Below are positions 19,375 to 29,626 of a DNA stretch of 64,000 nt, piece after piece (within the stretch, counting starts at the first letter, position 1; the number at the start of each line of letters is the position of its first letter). The position numbers and the translations under genes are program-made. The notes under the pieces were generated by a model. That model worked only from the letters and a program-made list of their open reading frames with translations, was not told where the DNA came from and did not search any database. This DNA comes from Candidatus Bathyarchaeia archaeon (GTDB lineage: Archaea; Thermoproteota; Bathyarchaeia; Bathyarchaeales; Bathycorpusculaceae), in assembly GCA_049515895.1 (NCBI GenBank), contig JBEKTQ010000012.1, positions 1-64,000 of the forward strand, written 5' to 3'.

Positions 19375-19536
19375 ATTCAAAAAGATAGGGCACTACATCA
19401 CGATTGCCATTTATTATAATATTTGCTTTAATCAAGAAGCTCCACTTATCAGAGACAAAGTTGCTTCCTAATGGCAGATGCATAATTCTCGCGCTAATCG
19501 TACGAAATTTAAGTCTGTCTGTCGCGGTCAGCAGTT

Positions 19537-19800
19537 TTAATTATTTTGATTATCGTGTGGGCATTGTAACAGTTTTGAAGAAAGTCGCCAAACAAAGAAG
19601 CCAAGTGCGCTGGCAAGAAATGACAAAACTGTGAAGGTGTCTAATCTCAGCCAGGGAAAAAGGTGAGAAACAGGAGTGGGTAACCATGCTGGCTGAGTAA
19701 TCTGTGTTGCCACCCCGTAGAACCAACCGAGCAAACCAAATATGAAAAGCATTTCTCCAATGACGTTTATGACGAAAATGGGTCTGAAGGTTTTCTTCAT
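19537..19800 (-). CDS. Small two-TM membrane protein
   Basis: Hydrophobic helices, WLRLDTF loop. Confidence 0.65.
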   Translation of the reverse strand: MKKTFRPIFVINVIGEMLFIFGLLGWFYGVATQITQPAWLPTPVSHLFPWLRLDTFTVLSFLASALGFFVWRLSSKLLQCPHDNQNN

Positions 19801-20035
19801 AGCTTTCTATTAACGAAAACATTCACTTTTAAAGATGACTCTAGCGGTAGCTATGATTTTAGGATTTATCCTACTGGGGAGCTTTTGGTTTGATTCAACA
19901 ATGTTTCCATTGTTGTTTCCGTCTTGTTTCTTCATTTTACTCTGAGGTCGTTTTCGCGGCGTGTGAAACCCCGCACCGTGCAGGAGGTTTTGTTAATCGC
20001 CTTATAGTTCAAGAGCAAGCGCGGAATTTGACGAA

Positions 20036-20662
20036 TTAAGGCTTTGTTTGATATTCGCGGATAACAGCGGCTGTTGCAAAAACTATGGTTAACACGAGCA
20101 AGCTGACGGTTATGGGTATTAACCGTATTCCCCATGGAGTAAAGTTGAGAATTAAGCCCACTACAGGTAACAGAGCTAAGCTCATGCCTGCACTTAGGGA
20201 TATACGTTCAATCATGTCCATGTTTACGCTGTTAGTTTTTATGGGGAGGTTTGAGGGGAAAACCATTTTTATAAAAACGTAGCCAGGAATAAATAATACG
20301 TACAATAGTCCTATTGTTATACGAACATACTCTAAGGGGTAACTCGTAGCAGGTATTATGAAAACTGTTAACGCTGTTACAATACTGAGGGCTATGCTTA
20401 TCCAGTACCAAGCCGCTTTGCTTGATAAAACATACATTTGAAGAGTTTGAGGTAGGGAGGTTTCTTTTTTAGTAAAATAGATGATATCTTCACTTTCAAG
20501 TTGGATTAAGATCTTGTTTAATTCCTCATAGGGCAAATTTGTTTTTTCTTGTAACAATTTAAGTTGTTGCGTAGTTTCAGGTTTTTGGCTCTTTATTATT
20601 TCTACTATAAGCTGTTTAATTTGATCATTTGCCTTATTTTGTAAGGTTGAACCTTCAGTCAT
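20036..20662 (-). CDS. DUF1616-family membrane protein with N-terminal wHTH-like segment
   Basis: VLFIPGY..ERISLSAGMSLA..GLILNFTPWGIRL signature. Confidence 0.85.
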   Translation of the reverse strand: MTEGSTLQNKANDQIKQLIVEIIKSQKPETTQQLKLLQEKTNLPYEELNKILIQLESEDIIYFTKKETSLPQTLQMYVLSSKAAWYWISIALSIVTALTVFIIPATSYPLEYVRITIGLLYVLFIPGYVFIKMVFPSNLPIKTNSVNMDMIERISLSAGMSLALLPVVGLILNFTPWGIRLIPITVSLLVLTIVFATAAVIREYQTKP

Positions 20663-20704
20663 TAGTAGCGGACCTATTTTCTCGCTTATTGCAATATTTA
20701 ACTA

Positions 20705-20734
20705 TTAAACTATGACCAAGAATTTGCCGTTTTG
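20705..20734 (-). promoter_or_regulatory. Shared promoter-proximal motif, copy 1
   Basis: 25/30 identity to 23473-23502; both lie ~40 nt upstream of minus-strand starts and end in a TTTAA TATA-like box. Confidence 0.55.
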
Positions 20735-20869
20735 GGTTCTATGATCTTTGAAATTAAGAGGAATATTTTTGATTGATTCTTTGCTTCTGTGTAGATGTGT
20801 AGTTCAAGTCACCGTGTGATTCAAGTGCCAAGAAAGGTATTTATTACGTATTAATATACACTACACAGC

Positions 20870-22105
20870 TTGACGGTGACAGGCATACATTCGAGATATG
20901 GCGCTTTAGCATTGCTACTAATCATTATTACCATGACGATGCCCTTAGCAGCAATTCAAGCACAGACACTGCTAACTGCGTCGCAAACTATTCCTGCCGT
21001 TGGCACGATAGGAGGTTCCCTTACTTGGCTTAAAACAAATGGCAATCTAATCGAGACTACGAATGGCGCTATTTTTAATTTTGAAGGTGTAGCTATTGCT
21101 ATTTTGGATTGGGGATGGACAAACCCGAATTATTACATGGATGGCAACTGGAATGAAAGTTTAATAGCATTTCTTGCTCAATGCGGAGGCAACAGTATAC
21201 GGCTAGACATAAACTGCTACCAATTTAATGACGCATATTTTGCAGAGATTGACCAAGTTGTAAACTGGTGCACACAAAATAATGTTCGTGTAATTCTTGA
21301 CATACATGACGGCGACCCAAATACTATATCAACAACATGGCCTAACGATATGTTAACAATAATGCAGAATCCAAATGCGCCTCTTAACACCATTATAAGT
21401 CCGTATCCTGGAGACGCACCTTATCCTAATGTGAGTTGGATTGGTTTATTAGATTTTTACGTGACACGTTACGAGAATAACCCAACTGTAAGCATGATAA
21501 ACATTATGAACGAACCAATGGAAGCTCAATCATCAAATGATACATACCTTTTCAACATTTGGCGAAACGCCGCGAATCTGGCAGTTGAGTCTATTCAAGC
21601 GATAAACCCAAACATACTGATCGGTGTTTATGGAATGAATTGGGGGAAGACTATGACAGATTGGGTCTCTCAACCGTTACCAGAAAACAACATTGTTTAT
21701 TGCTACGACATACATTTGGCATATGACGTGGGATGGGAGGCTTATGCAAATGATTATATGGCGGGCAATTATACTTTGGCAAAACAAGAGTGGATAGCAT
21801 ATCTAACGCAAAATGACGTTTTAGCTTTGTCCGCTGAGTATCCGGTTCTTGCAATAGAATGGGGTTCACAACAATACAACGGTTATAATGCAACCCTTGA
21901 ACCTGCATATCTTCAATGGACAGAAGATACTTTCCAAATATTTGCCCAATACAAAATAGGTCAAGAATATTGGGCGTTCAATCCAGTGGACCCCATTACG
22001 ATTGTAGGCAATGACGGCGACCTACTTGATTACCCAAATTGGGCGAATGGCACATTAGTACTTGACGCAACAGGACAAATCTGGGAACAATATTGCGAAG
22101 GCTGA
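20870..22105 (+). CDS. Secreted glycoside hydrolase family 5 (cellulase superfamily)
   Basis: Signal peptide; NSIRL, VILDIH, IMNEP (acid/base), IEWG (nucleophile), YWAF. Confidence 0.9.
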   Translation: MTVTGIHSRYGALALLLIIITMTMPLAAIQAQTLLTASQTIPAVGTIGGSLTWLKTNGNLIETTNGAIFNFEGVAIAILDWGWTNPNYYMDGNWNESLIAFLAQCGGNSIRLDINCYQFNDAYFAEIDQVVNWCTQNNVRVILDIHDGDPNTISTTWPNDMLTIMQNPNAPLNTIISPYPGDAPYPNVSWIGLLDFYVTRYENNPTVSMINIMNEPMEAQSSNDTYLFNIWRNAANLAVESIQAINPNILIGVYGMNWGKTMTDWVSQPLPENNIVYCYDIHLAYDVGWEAYANDYMAGNYTLAKQEWIAYLTQNDVLALSAEYPVLAIEWGSQQYNGYNATLEPAYLQWTEDTFQIFAQYKIGQEYWAFNPVDPITIVGNDGDLLDYPNWANGTLVLDATGQIWEQYCEG

Positions 22106-22239
22106 GTAACGCGCTTAGCTAAACAAAAAAGCTGGAAGCAAACAACTTAAATTATTAACACTTTTACCTTTATAGCGATGATTTGGAGTTGTAGTATTTG
22201 ATTGGATTGTTTTGATTTCACTTTGAATTGTGATTTATC

Positions 22240-23433
22240 CTAAGGCAATGGCTTTCGATTTTGACACCCACGCTCTATGATTCGTTGATAAAAATCGACG
22301 TATCGATCTGCAGTTTTAGACCAATCAAAATCTTTGGCCTTTTTCGAATTGTTTCTTATCATAGTCTTCATTAGATCTTTATTATTCCATAATTTTATGA
22401 CTCCTGCTGCTATATCTTTCTCTGTAGGTTCAAGAACGAGGCCATTCTCAAGATGCTTAATGTTCTCGGACACTCCGCCTCTGTTTGTTGTAATTATTGG
22501 CTTTCCAGCCGCCATTGCCTCAATATTGATTATGCCAAAAGGTTCATAAAGTGAAGGAAAAATGCATATGTGAGCAGAGGCATAAAAAGAAGGTAGTTCT
22601 CGTGTGATATTTCCATGGAAAACGACATTTTTCTGAAGATTATTGGATTGAACAATTGTTGTCAACGTATTCATTGATGGTCCATCACCAACCAAATGTA
22701 ATACCGCATATGGCAACTCTTTACAGATTATATTCATGCTTCGAACAAGCACCTCAACTCCCTTTATTGGGACAAGTCTCCCAACAAATAGTAATGCAGG
22801 ATCGCCGGGCAGGAAAATTTTCTTGGCGTTTTTGAACCGGGCAACATCAACACCGTTAGGAATGGGTTCTATTCTTTCCTCGTTTATACCTTCTAGCATA
22901 ATTTTTCTCTTCAGGTAGCTCGAATTCGTTGCAATTCCGTCGAAGTACCTAGACAGAAACCTATATGAGAAGTAATCAAAATAAATCGACCTGTTGTTGG
23001 CTTTTGTATATGCTTCATAGGTTAGCCAACCTGCTGAACGGTATATGCAAGGTATTTTCTTTAGACGAGACAAAAAAAGCAATAGAAGATCTTTGGTGTC
23101 CGGAACATAGTGAAAGTGGATTATGTCAACATCATTATTTATTTTTCTGGTTAGTTTTAGTGAATCGCTTATGAACTTTAAGTCTGGAGGCATGTTATAT
23201 GAACTGGGTAACCACTGATTCTTAATTAATGGGGTAAGTTTGACGTTTTCTGACAGTTCAAGAAAGGTATTCATATCTGGAACTTTTTTGAATTGCTCCT
23301 TCGAGATCCCGAAGACAAAATCAACATCAATCCCTTTTCTGTCGAACTGTTTGACTAAATTGTATGCTACTACTTGAGGCCCACCAATAACAAACGGATA
23401 GATTCCGCCAAGAGCCGAGAATAGTATTTTCAA
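22240..23433 (-). CDS. Family 4 glycosyltransferase (GT-B)
   Basis: IPNGVD, FVGRLVPIKG, PSLYEPFGIINIEAMAAG. Confidence 0.94.
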   Translation of the reverse strand: MKILFSALGGIYPFVIGGPQVVAYNLVKQFDRKGIDVDFVFGISKEQFKKVPDMNTFLELSENVKLTPLIKNQWLPSSYNMPPDLKFISDSLKLTRKINNDVDIIHFHYVPDTKDLLLLFLSRLKKIPCIYRSAGWLTYEAYTKANNRSIYFDYFSYRFLSRYFDGIATNSSYLKRKIMLEGINEERIEPIPNGVDVARFKNAKKIFLPGDPALLFVGRLVPIKGVEVLVRSMNIICKELPYAVLHLVGDGPSMNTLTTIVQSNNLQKNVVFHGNITRELPSFYASAHICIFPSLYEPFGIINIEAMAAGKPIITTNRGGVSENIKHLENGLVLEPTEKDIAAGVIKLWNNKDLMKTMIRNNSKKAKDFDWSKTADRYVDFYQRIIERGCQNRKPLP

Positions 23434-23472
23434 TTAATCATCTCCGAGGAACATAGGCAATGTTTGATTACA

Positions 23473-23502
23473 TTAAAATATGATCGCAAATTTGCCGTTT
23501 TG
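23473..23502 (-). promoter_or_regulatory. Shared promoter-proximal motif, copy 2
   Basis: TTAAAATATGATCGCAAATTTGCCGTTTTG vs TTAAACTATGACCAAGAATTTGCCGTTTTG. Confidence 0.55.
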
Positions 23503-23600
23503 CCATTTTTAACCTTTTGTAAACCAATTGAGAAATTGTAAAGGTATTCAAGATTTTTAAATTCTTTCATGATTCAGCCAAGATTCCAAAAAAAGCAGCC

Positions 23601-24509
23601 TTATTTTTTCGCCCAGATGCAAATATGAGTTGAAAAGTTTCGGATTAATGGCAGATTGTCAAGCAAGTTATCTACCAAGGATAGTTCATTAAGCGGGACA
23701 GGCAATATAGAGAAATAAGATGAAAATATATTATGATACGTGGTTTTCGCCTCATTGAACCCCACCGATTTAAGCTGTTTTCGGAAATATCGAGGGAAGA
23801 AACCTTTCGCGCAATGAACATCTGCCATTGCGTACTCTGTAGGGGTTATCGGGTTTTTACCTAATTGACTGTTAAAAAAATGTTGAAGTATCCGCCCGTC
23901 CAAACCTGGCTTTGTTAATACTAAGCCATTTAAGGAAAGCGCTCGTGTAGCTTTGGGTCCCGTCAAATTGTGCTTTCTATCATGAACCCTTACCATAATA
24001 CCAAGGATTCCTTGAACTTTCTCAAAGGGTCTCCTCATATGTCTCGAGTTTGATTCATGATCAATGTACATGATGCCTTCTTCAGGCAAGACCCGAAATA
24101 TTTCCTTAAAACATGTTGATGGCGAAGGAATGTGGTGTAATGCAGCATGCATAGTCACAATATCGAAAACATCGTCTCGGAAAGGCAAGTTCTCTGCATC
24201 AGCCAACAGGAAATGGACTTTCTCGCCTAAACCTTTTGCCTTGCAGATCTTTAACATCTCTCTTGACAAGTCAAGACCCACGACTTGTTCAAACCAAAAT
24301 ACCTCCTTTTCAAGTAAGTTTCCAGTACCACATGCAAGATCGCAACAAATTCTCCGCCTTTTGCAAGTTTCTATACTTTTTTCAAGTCTTTCAGTTAAGC
24401 TACGTTGTTCAAATGCATTGAAAAGTTCAATATTCTCCTCTTCGAAGATATGAGCAGTGTTCCTATGCAATTCTATGTTAACCTTTTTAACTTCCACGCT
24501 TCTGGTCAC
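23601..24509 (-). CDS. Class I SAM-dependent methyltransferase
   Basis: DLACGTG, GLDLSREML, DAENLPF, ALHHI. Confidence 0.9.
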   Translation of the reverse strand: MTRSVEVKKVNIELHRNTAHIFEEENIELFNAFEQRSLTERLEKSIETCKRRRICCDLACGTGNLLEKEVFWFEQVVGLDLSREMLKICKAKGLGEKVHFLLADAENLPFRDDVFDIVTMHAALHHIPSPSTCFKEIFRVLPEEGIMYIDHESNSRHMRRPFEKVQGILGIMVRVHDRKHNLTGPKATRALSLNGLVLTKPGLDGRILQHFFNSQLGKNPITPTEYAMADVHCAKGFFPRYFRKQLKSVGFNEAKTTYHNIFSSYFSILPVPLNELSLVDNLLDNLPLIRNFSTHICIWAKK

Positions 24510-24574
24510 ATATTCCCTCCTAAACCATTAAGATGTAACTCGTAACACACATTGGTCAATTTATTTACTTTGCC

Positions 24575-25055
24575 GCGCACTGCCTTGTCCCGAAAATGGT
24601 TAAAAATGGTTATAAGTCTGATTTTTCATATTGGAGCCTGTAATGGATTTTTTTTGACGAACGCATTTTGGCAACGCTCAAGGACGGCAAACCAAGAGGG
24701 TTCACTGCGCTTCTGGTCGAAGTGGGGTTTAGCCACAACACTCTGCAGCAGCATCTCAAGCGTCTAATGGCTCAAGGTCTCATTGTTAGGGAAAAAACAA
24801 CCGCAAACAGTTTCGGAAGACCAAAATTTGCCTATCATGCGCCGTCCAGGACCACGAAACAGGTCTCTCTCGCCCTTCAAGATCCGCGTGTTGAACTGGT
24901 GGCCTTGCCGTTTAGTCGCTTAAGGCGCGTTTGCAGGTTTGAGAAGGGCGGCCACTGCAAAAAAACGAGGAGGGATTGTGCGCCTCAAATTTGTTCCCAA
25001 ATCCGAAAATAAGACTCATCACCACTTTACACCAATTAAGGACAAGCCAGCGCGC
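24575..25055. mobile_element. ~480-bp non-autonomous element with ~50-bp imperfect terminal inverted repeats and a wHTH passenger
   Basis: 24575-24625 vs reverse complement of 25006-25055: 39/51 identical; no transposase inside. Confidence 0.65.
24643..25012 (+). pseudogene. wHTH regulator with Cys-rich C-terminus; +1 frameshift in a T8 tract
   Basis: ATG GAT T-run GAC reads MDFFDERILATLKDG only with T7; HNTLQQHLKRL..GRPKFAY; four C-terminal Cys. Confidence 0.7.
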
Positions 25056-25194
25056 TCGGGTGGTGGGAAAGGCGGTGTGGGAGTCACATAATTGGCAAAA
25101 AATTAGAGCAAAAATAGGAAAGGAATAACTATCTACAGACTTACAGACTTAGCGAAGCAACAAAAGATAGAAGAATTGGTTAAATATTTTAGTT

Positions 25195-26070
25195 TTAAGT
25201 CTTAGCCAAAGTAACGGAGTAAACCGCAAAATCTTTACCCATAAGTAGACCTTCCTTCGTGTCAGAAGAGAACAATCTATCTTCAGGAAGTGCCGTAGTT
25301 TCTATGCCTAACATGCTACACAATTCGGCATATTCATCAAGCGTGAGGTGCCCCCGTCCCTTTCCGAAGTTCACATCAAAAGTTAAAACGAGCAATGCGT
25401 TTTTTCTCAGGACTCTTAACATTTCATTGATGGAACCTTTAAGCATTAATTTGGAGTTCTCAGAAGAAATCAGTGTGTGCTCAAGAACAGAAATACATGT
25501 CGCCCCATCAAAGTATGAGTCTGCAAAAGGGAGTTTCAATATGCTTCCAAAGGTGGGTTTGAGATTGGATAATCCTAACTGCTTTTTCATATTCGCAGCT
25601 TTCTCAAGAGATGGCAAGTAAGGGTCTACGGAGTGGACTTCAAATCCTTTTTCCGCAAGGTAAAACTGGAATGAGTTAACCCCGCAACCACAATCCAAGA
25701 CTCTGCCGCCTTTTTTTGTATCTCTGAGTTGATAAGCTGCATATGGATACTCGTATATTCTACTCCAGTGGCTACTTTGGAGAACTCCTGGCAAAATATA
25801 TGTCCTATTTATTTTGTCAATGTTTGCAAGTTTTGATAGGACATTTTCAGTGTCGAATGAATTTGTTTTCCTTGCCCATCCAGAATGTAAGACGATGAAA
25901 TTTTGTTTTCGTTCTGCGGAACTACGAGCGAGTCCAACAAATCGCGTTATTTCCCTTTTTTTTACAAAAGATTTGATTAATGGTAAATGGTGTAATCCTC
26001 TTGAAACGAAGTCTCTGGACTTTGAAGGGGCATAAGCAATTTTCAATATTGATGTCTCCCAGTAACCCAA
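25195..26070 (-). CDS. Class I SAM-dependent methyltransferase
   Basis: SRIYEYPY, VLDCGCG, CISVLEH. Confidence 0.88.
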   Translation of the reverse strand: MGYWETSILKIAYAPSKSRDFVSRGLHHLPLIKSFVKKREITRFVGLARSSAERKQNFIVLHSGWARKTNSFDTENVLSKLANIDKINRTYILPGVLQSSHWSRIYEYPYAAYQLRDTKKGGRVLDCGCGVNSFQFYLAEKGFEVHSVDPYLPSLEKAANMKKQLGLSNLKPTFGSILKLPFADSYFDGATCISVLEHTLISSENSKLMLKGSINEMLRVLRKNALLVLTFDVNFGKGRGHLTLDEYAELCSMLGIETTALPEDRLFSSDTKEGLLMGKDFAVYSVTLAKT

Positions 26071-26429
26071 TTAATGCTTAGATTTAGATGGGAGTACAAT
26101 ATTGCTGAAGAATAAATATAAAACTAACTAATTGAAAACTGTCAGCAACCGAATTTACCCATGAACCCCCGAAACTGCAAAACAACCGAGAACCATCCAG
26201 ATCGAGTGACCGCTATCTAGGGCATTTTAACTATTATCGACATTTTATCGAGACTAATAAAATGAAATAGCACCCGACAAGCCGCACCCAAAACAATCAC
26301 CCGAAGAAACACCAGAACCCGAGATTGATTGTTCATTAAATAAACAATCGTTTACTGCAAGGAAATCAAACAACATCAATTTCTTACTCCAAAGTTTTTT
26401 CTTTTTGCTGCAAAACTGCATCTAAATCG

Positions 26430-26498
26430 TTAGATGTTTTCAGCTATGATTTCAAGTTCTTTTCTTACAGCCTTGTCCCAAGCGTATTGGTGCGCGTG
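26430..26498 (-). pseudogene. C-terminal remnant of a GT4-like glycosyltransferase
   Basis: HAHQYAWDKAVRKELEIIAENI-stop, resembling the terminal (F/Y)xW helix of GT4 enzymes; begins at CACGCGCA. Confidence 0.45.
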
Positions 26499-26716
26499 AC
26501 AATTGCAAGGACTTGTTTAAAACTAAACACCATCGCGAATATTTTAAGAAAAATGACTTTGAAAAACTTATAGACGCATATGTTTACTTCGCGCGCGAGT
26601 TTGTGTCTAGTCATGAGTATGTTCAAAGTTATCTGGCGAGGCTGAATTAGAATCTGGGGACACTGAAATTCTGTTCGATTATTATGCCATTACTAAGGAA
26701 TAAGATTGATGGCGCT

Positions 26717-28474
26717 TCAACCTGACGCACCAGTAGCATTTGTCAAACTTGATGACACATATACAGTATTAAAACGGTTGTCATATACTCTGTCCCAAGC
26801 TGTAGACTCGTTCAGATAAGAAATTCGCTGTTCATAGTCACTGGAGATTGTTCCAGTATATTCAAAATAGCGAATTTCTTTAATTGAAAAAACAAGCACC
26901 TGAGGGTTATTCAACCATGCTATAAAGATATATGGTGATGTAAGAGTGCTAGACGGGTGGGCTATTTGAATATTCGCAATTGCAGGATCCTGGTAGAAAT
27001 ACGTAGCATATCCTCCTATAGTCCATGGAAAAGCTATTGGTACAGCTAGAGGAGTGAATTTTAATAAGAACCTACTAGTAGAAAAGTCCGAACTGAGGAC
27101 CTTTTCAGTTGAATCTAGTTGGTGATGATAGATAAATGCCAAAGGAAGAATTATAATAAGTAAGCAAATTCCCAATGTTCTCAAGTGTTTTGTAAACCGA
27201 ATCTTTTTGCTGATAACAGAAACACCTTCTAGACCAAATATAGCTAACGCGCAGATTGGAAAATACAAAAATTGGAAAGGACGATCTGCCCATAGACCAT
27301 TAAAAAGAAAAATTGGGAAAACACTTACGATTAATAGACCTATTAAAAACTCAAAAAGCACTAATGGAATTGCTTTTGTTTTTCGTCGGAACCAGATAAA
27401 GATTAATCCAACAACAGCAGCCCCAGCCATAAAAAATTGAAAACCTTTTGTGAAAAGCGAAAGGGACTTTGAGGAAAATGTAGAAAGTGGTTGCAAAAGT
27501 AAACTTGTCGGTGAGTGGATTCCAGCTTGTAATAAAGAAGAGAAGGAGTTTATTAGCGCTTCAAAATTTTCAGTTGCGAAAAAAATCCACCAAGCAATCA
27601 ATATTCCAACTATAAACAAAAGAAATTGGATGGATATAGTTACGCCAATCTTTCTCTTAAACAGTTTTTGACCTAAGTAGACCCCAAAAAAGGTTGCAAT
27701 CATAAACACGCTCGTAATAGGATGCGTCATTGAAATGATAGCGCTGATAAGTACAAGAAGATAGGTTGCGTATCTTGATTTAATGGAGCTTTCGCCTAAA
27801 AACAGAAACACAAAAATGCCCATAAAGTAAAGAACTAGAGCAAAGTTTTGAGGACAAAATTGAGTGAAAAAATCAGTATTTACAAGGAAATAAAGAATAG
27901 GCAGAATAAACCCATTTCGGGAACCCAATATTCTTTGACCAATAACCAACAAAAACAAAGAAATTAGCAAAACAAAAATCGTGTTAAGAATAATTCCTAG
28001 CTCAAGAAGTGACGCTCCTCCAGTTACTCCAATAAGATTTCCAATAATAGCCACCATATAGAAAGTGCCTGGAAACTGAAGATACCCAGTGGCCGGAAGG
28101 TGCACACCAGCATTCAAAATTATGTTTTCAGCATAGGCTAAATGTACAACTGCATCATTAATCGTATAAATTGATGGAAACTGGCTTATGGGTAGAGAGG
28201 CGTACATCATCCAAGGTACAAAAATAGTCAGGAATAACTTTTCTAGCTTGATCTCAAATTTACTTTGTGCAAAAAGAATTTGAATTATTACTAAAGCCAG
28301 AATAAGAGCAGTAAAAAGCCAATAAGACCATGGGAGCATACTAATAATATCAGGCGGCCCAGAATTAGGCTCAAAATACAATGCATAGCTAATCCTAAAA
28401 AAAGGATAACCAAAAAGCAAAAAAAATGAAGCAAAAACTGAGAAAATAAATACTAGTTTACGGGCATTCTTCAA
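26717..28474 (-). CDS. Polytopic membrane protein (putative glycan polymerase / GT-C-like)
   Basis: 585 aa with many TM helices, DAVVH..YLQFPG loop, MTHPIT, C-terminal RVYDN. Confidence 0.7.
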   Translation of the reverse strand: MKNARKLVFIFSVFASFFLLFGYPFFRISYALYFEPNSGPPDIISMLPWSYWLFTALILALVIIQILFAQSKFEIKLEKLFLTIFVPWMMYASLPISQFPSIYTINDAVVHLAYAENIILNAGVHLPATGYLQFPGTFYMVAIIGNLIGVTGGASLLELGIILNTIFVLLISLFLLVIGQRILGSRNGFILPILYFLVNTDFFTQFCPQNFALVLYFMGIFVFLFLGESSIKSRYATYLLVLISAIISMTHPITSVFMIATFFGVYLGQKLFKRKIGVTISIQFLLFIVGILIAWWIFFATENFEALINSFSSLLQAGIHSPTSLLLQPLSTFSSKSLSLFTKGFQFFMAGAAVVGLIFIWFRRKTKAIPLVLFEFLIGLLIVSVFPIFLFNGLWADRPFQFLYFPICALAIFGLEGVSVISKKIRFTKHLRTLGICLLIIILPLAFIYHHQLDSTEKVLSSDFSTSRFLLKFTPLAVPIAFPWTIGGYATYFYQDPAIANIQIAHPSSTLTSPYIFIAWLNNPQVLVFSIKEIRYFEYTGTISSDYEQRISYLNESTAWDRVYDNRFNTVYVSSSLTNATGASG

Positions 28475-28553
28475 TGCTCTATTACCTTCTTGTTATCTCT
28501 TTCCAATTCATTGACCATCGCGTTACGAGACCATTTTGGTGAGAAACAAGGTG

Positions 28554-29504
28554 TTAACTAAAAAAGCCCCTTAATTGACCTAAACCTTGTGAATAGCTCC
28601 ATATTATTGAAGCTAAAATGATAAAAGGGAAAAGAGAAAGCTGTTCTTCTTTTACACTTGCATATAAAGACACAACTAAAAGCAGAAATATACCCACCAA
28701 TAGAATACCAACCACAATCGTCAGAAAGCCTAGGATAGCCAAAATAGGGAGAAATACAAAGGACCCAAAAATCAATAATTGGGCTAAAAAGTTGCTTGCT
28801 TTAATCGCTGACAAATTTGAACGTTCCCATTTTCCTGTTCCTACCCCAAACCTGAATTGCTGCTTCCAATATTGTCTAACACTGCATCGACGGTTATGCA
28901 CGACAAATAGACTGCCCAAATACCGTATCTGTTTGCCTGCTTGTTTTAACCGGAAATGTAATTCAGTTTCCTCAGCCGTGGGTAGTTTCTCGTTAAACCC
29001 GCCTGCATCGATAAGAGTCGCCTTTCTATATGCTGAATTACACCCTATAACATTGTCACAAGCAGCGCGCGTGCTCTCCCATGAATTAGTTAGCGATAAT
29101 AAATCGTTTTGTACTGCTCCGAATGCTTTTTCAATTTTACTTGATTTTTCAGGTGTTTTTGTTGAACCGCCTAAGACATCCAAAGTCTCGTCCTCAAAAT
29201 TTGACACTATTTGTGTCAACCAATCTTTTGGGACTTCACAATCATCATCAGTAAATGCAATAATATCTCCTTGAGCATGTTGGATTCCGACGTTACATCC
29301 TGAGGCGCGAGTTTCGCCTTCTTCAAAAAAGACTTTATTTGTATATTTCTTTGCAATTTCAATTGTATTATCTTTGGAGTGCCCATCGACAACAATAATT
29401 TCAAAATTCGTATATTCTTGCCTAACAAGTGATTGCAGGCAATTGCTCAAAGTGCTAGATGAATTCTTTGTCGGAATTACGACTGAAACATGTGGATCGC
29501 CCAT
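28554..29504 (-). CDS. Family 2 glycosyltransferase with C-terminal TM helices
   Basis: VSVVIP, VVDGHSKD, FTDDD, GGFNE. Confidence 0.93.
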   Translation of the reverse strand: MGDPHVSVVIPTKNSSSTLSNCLQSLVRQEYTNFEIIVVDGHSKDNTIEIAKKYTNKVFFEEGETRASGCNVGIQHAQGDIIAFTDDDCEVPKDWLTQIVSNFEDETLDVLGGSTKTPEKSSKIEKAFGAVQNDLLSLTNSWESTRAACDNVIGCNSAYRKATLIDAGGFNEKLPTAEETELHFRLKQAGKQIRYLGSLFVVHNRRCSVRQYWKQQFRFGVGTGKWERSNLSAIKASNFLAQLLIFGSFVFLPILAILGFLTIVVGILLVGIFLLLVVSLYASVKEEQLSLFPFIILASIIWSYSQGLGQLRGFFS

Positions 29505-29626
29505 AATGAATCAACTCAATTTTTTTTCGCTGAAATTAACCTTCTGTAATCCTTTGTATCTAGCAGTAAGCCATTTTTCACATTTTCAATCAGTTCGGAA
29601 GAAAAAGGTAGGTTGTGAGTCCGCAG

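Noticed and set aside
28618-29274. 218-aa plus-strand ORF
   Set aside because: Antisense to a clear GT2 gene.
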